NCBI RefSeq assembly: GCF_006345805.1 | Contig: NC_042999.1 | Span: forward strand, 12,710,001-12,774,000 | Origin: Octopus sinensis | Lineage: Eukaryota | Length of the DNA: 64,000 nt | Direction of reading: 5' to 3' | Shown here: piece after piece, positions 60,820 through 64,000 of the stretch | Layout: every line of letters begins with the position of its first letter | How positions within the stretch are numbered: position 1 is the stretch's first letter | Translations under genes and position numbers: made by a program | The notes under the pieces: model-generated | Seen by the model: the letters and a program-made list of their open reading frames with translations, nothing else | The model's database searches: none | What the model was told of the DNA's origin: nothing

Positions 60820-62354
60820 AACAACAAACAAGATGGGAACAAATATCCGTCAGATGTAAATAATGTACATAATTTCTCATCTCTTAAATATAGAACTGAA
60901 TGGACTGGTTTTGCCTATCAGTTGTTGGCTTGTCAGTAGTGACTACTCAAAGGATCAATAGTTTGGCTAAATCTGGCTGTCAGTATATATATTTTTACCA
61001 TAAAAATGAATGGCTGATTTAGAGAAATGCTAAAGCATATATTAAAAACTATGATCATTGTGTCTTCTTACAGCATTAAGAGTCTGACCTATGGTTGTAT
61101 GGAAAAGTAGATTTGTCATTATCAACCTTTTCTGAAACTGGCTCTGGCTCTGTAATACAAATGTCTTGTTTTCATAAGTTTTGAATGAAAATCTGCCACC
61201 AAACCTTAGTCACAATTTATGTTCCTAACACTAGGTGAATGATAACTAAGTTATTTTCTAAATTCTTTGTTATATTTAAAATTAACTGAAAGAAACACAG
61301 AGCGTCTCAAAATGAATACCGTAACGAAAGTGTTAAGCTGGTCTTTGGGACATAAATTTTGAAGGAAGGTTTTAATTCCAATCATTGGGAATTCACATCA
61401 TAGACATATACGATATACAAAACAATTTCTCTGAAGTACATTGCTTTTATTTCATTTCATTTTTGAAAATAAAGAAGAATTTAGTCATTAATAAACTGGT
61501 GTTTGGAATATAAATGAACAAGAAATTTTGATGGAAGATTTTAATTCAAATCTCTTAAAAGTTGGAAGTTTGTGCCATAGAACCAGGCAGCAGTTGTAGA
61601 CAGATTAGTATCAGAAGTTTAATAGAGATCATGAAAATTCTTAGAAATTCTAAGAAATAAATAAAGTATTAAAGAATAGAGATTTAATGATATCTGAATG
61701 TGTCATGGAACTCAGCTTTAAGTCAAATTTGCCTTTTAGCATTTTGTGGTCATTAAAATACTGATCCAAAATGGTAGATTGTTCCAGCTATTTGTTTTTT
61801 GAGTTCAAAAGTCTTCCTGGGTGGTTGACTTAACCAGTCACCCACCTGCACCATAGGAACCCTTAGCAGAGTTTGCATTGTTGTGAGCATTTGGGGGCTA
61901 CATTTCCAGTTTAAGGTTACCATCTTCCCTTCCACCTGTCATTGGAATCCTGTAACAGATCATGGCTGCCGCCTTCACCCGTTACTAAAACATAAAACAA
62001 AAATGGTTAATTAACAAAGATTCTCTCTCTTTACTTTAGATTTCATCTTTCTGTCTTTTATTTCAAGCATCATCTGTTAGACTTCATGTTTAATTACCTT
62101 TTACTTGTTTCAATCATTAGACTGTGGCCATGCTGGGGCACTGCCTTGGAATTGATTTCAGTACTTACATTTTGTTTTTTTGAAACCTGGTACTTATTCT
62201 ATCAATCTCTTTTGCTGAGACGTTGCATTATGGGGACATAAACACACTAACACTGGCTGTCAAGCGATGGTTGAGGACAAACACACACACAGATTTTGGA
62301 TTATGTACATACATACATGATGTTGCAAAAAACCAAAGTCCTAGTAGAAGGCGA

Positions 62355-63508
62355 ACACATCACAAACCCCTTCAGGTCAGTGGCCCTGCTCGATCTGTAG
62401 AAAGGGTGTTGGTAGAAACTCCATAAGATGTACCCAGTGTAAGCTATGGATGCATAAGAGATGCAGCAACATCAAAGGAAGGTTAATCGGGATGAAAGCC
62501 TTTGTGTGCAGCAGATGCACAGGGGCAATAAACACCGCAGATGCTCAGAAAATGGATTCCATCACATGCCAGTGGGAGAAACTAAAAGTAGTTGATAGCT
62601 TCTGCTACCAACGTGACCAAGTCTGTAGTGGTGGGTGGATGCTCGGAGAGCATTGCCACCAGAATAAGAATAGCCTGGGCAAAGTTCAGAAAGATTCTAC
62701 TCCTACTGGTGATAAAGGGCCACTCACTCAGAGTGTAAGTGCACTGACAGAAATGATGGACATAAGAAGCATCAGATGTGGTGTGCAAAAGAGACGACTG
62801 TGCTGTGTATGGATGAGGAGATCTGTGTGAAGAAGTGTCACCCCCTAACAATGGAAGTAACATGTGGTAGAGGGAGACCCAGGAAGACATGGGATGAGGT
62901 GGTGAAGCATGACCTTTGAATGATGGGCCTCACAGAGGCAGTGACAAAAGATAGAGACCTCTGGAGATATACTGTGATTGGGAAGACCCGGTAAGTAAAG
63001 TGATATCCCAGCTGTAGCCTACACCAGTGTCGCATAACCAGTCCATTTAAAAAGTACCTTTTAATCGTCAGGTGACATGCTATGCTTGAGGAGAGCTACT
63101 GAGTCAAGTAAAATCAAAATTCAAATCACAATCAAAAATGGAAATTGTAATTGTGGCCAATGTCAGCGCCACCTGACTGGCTACCCGTGCCTTTGCAATG
63201 TAAAAAGCACCATCTGAACATGGTCAATGCCAGCCTTTTCCCGCCCTGACTGGCTCCTGTGCCGGCAGCATGTAAAAAGCACCATCCAATCGTGGCCAAT
63301 GCCAGTGCCGCCTGACTGGCTCCTGTGTTGGTCGCACGTATAAAGCACCCACTACATTCTCAGAGTGGTTGGTATTAAGAAGGGCATCCAGCTGTAGAAA
63401 CATTGCCATATCAGATTGGAGCCTGGTGCAGCCTCCTGCTTTGCCAGTCCCCAGTCAAACCATCCAACCCATGCCAGCATGGAAAACGGACGTTAAATGA
63501 TGATGATG
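62355..63508 (+). mobile_element. RTE family A 3' copy with internal deletion
   Basis: VVDSFCY, GRPRKTWDEVVKHDL, UTR modules, (GAT)n tail. Confidence 0.9.
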
Positions 63509-63757
63509 GGCTTCTTTCAGTTTCCATTTACAAAATCCACTCACAAACCTTTGGTTGGGCCTAGCCTATAGTGGAAGACACCTACTGAAGGTGTCATTCA
63601 CTAGAATTGAACATAGAACCAGTTGGTTGGGAGACGAACATCTTACCACACATCCATGCTTGCATTGTAATTGTAATTGATTTTGGAATTATTATTCTAA
63701 ACCCTAAAATATCACACTTACAGACACATGCATACATTTGTATTCTGTTATTTTCAG

Positions 63758-63860
63758 GAATCCCTGAGTTGGGTTTGTTTCACGGATATCTGTCCAGTGC
63801 CAACATGTCCACTTTCTCTTCAAAAGCGAGTTGAAGGAACCTGCTGTGCCATCTGTCCTG
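63758..63860 (+). CDS. KCP: KCP-like exon 21
   Basis: tttcag|GAATCC...CCTG|gttggt; ESLSWVCFTDICPVPTCPLSLQKRVEGTCCAICP; phase 0 to 1. Confidence 0.9.
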
Positions 63861-64000
63861 GTTGGTCCCTTTTCTTTTCTTCTGTTTTTAGATCTCACAA
63901 ATTGACATAAACTAAACATGTTTTCTATTGATTTCTTTGTTTTATGATTTTTTGCTTTCAATATATTGCCAAATATCTAGAAATTGTTTTCTTACTAAAA

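Overview
AT-rich animal genomic DNA; the repeat landscape (RTE LINEs with (GAT)n tails, several tRNA-derived SINE families, long (TA)n/(CA)n tracts) resembles Octopus/coleoid genomes, which is an inference. The whole window lies inside one + strand gene. I could splice 21 GT-AG coding exons (884-63860, 3742 nt, about 1247 codons, frame continuous, no stops). They encode a tandem array of von Willebrand factor type C (VWC/chordin-type) modules: one partial, 20 complete 10-Cys modules and one 4-Cys half-module. The last three modules match the distinctive end of the VWC array of Kielin/chordin-like protein (KCP); the start, the stop and the expected VWD domain lie outside the window. Introns (>90% of the window) are packed with mobile DNA: about 20 fragments of one RTE family, a second young RTE nested in one of them, CR1-type, R4-type and Penelope-type remnants, SINEs, a Helentron-type element, a foldback MITE and hAT remnants. 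Most interesting: (1) hammerhead-ribozyme-like motifs, one in what appears to be the tail of a tRNA-headed SINE and two with the same non-canonical CUGUGGA core; (2) a VWC module reduced to a fibronectin-type-I-like 4-Cys half with coordinated cysteine loss; (3) an RTE 3' UTR built from hairpin modules that varies in copy number and forms multimers; (4) a candidate 4-nt intron slide; (5) a near-perfect 580-bp intronic foldback. Family names come from motif recognition by eye, not database searches, and TE boundaries are approximate.
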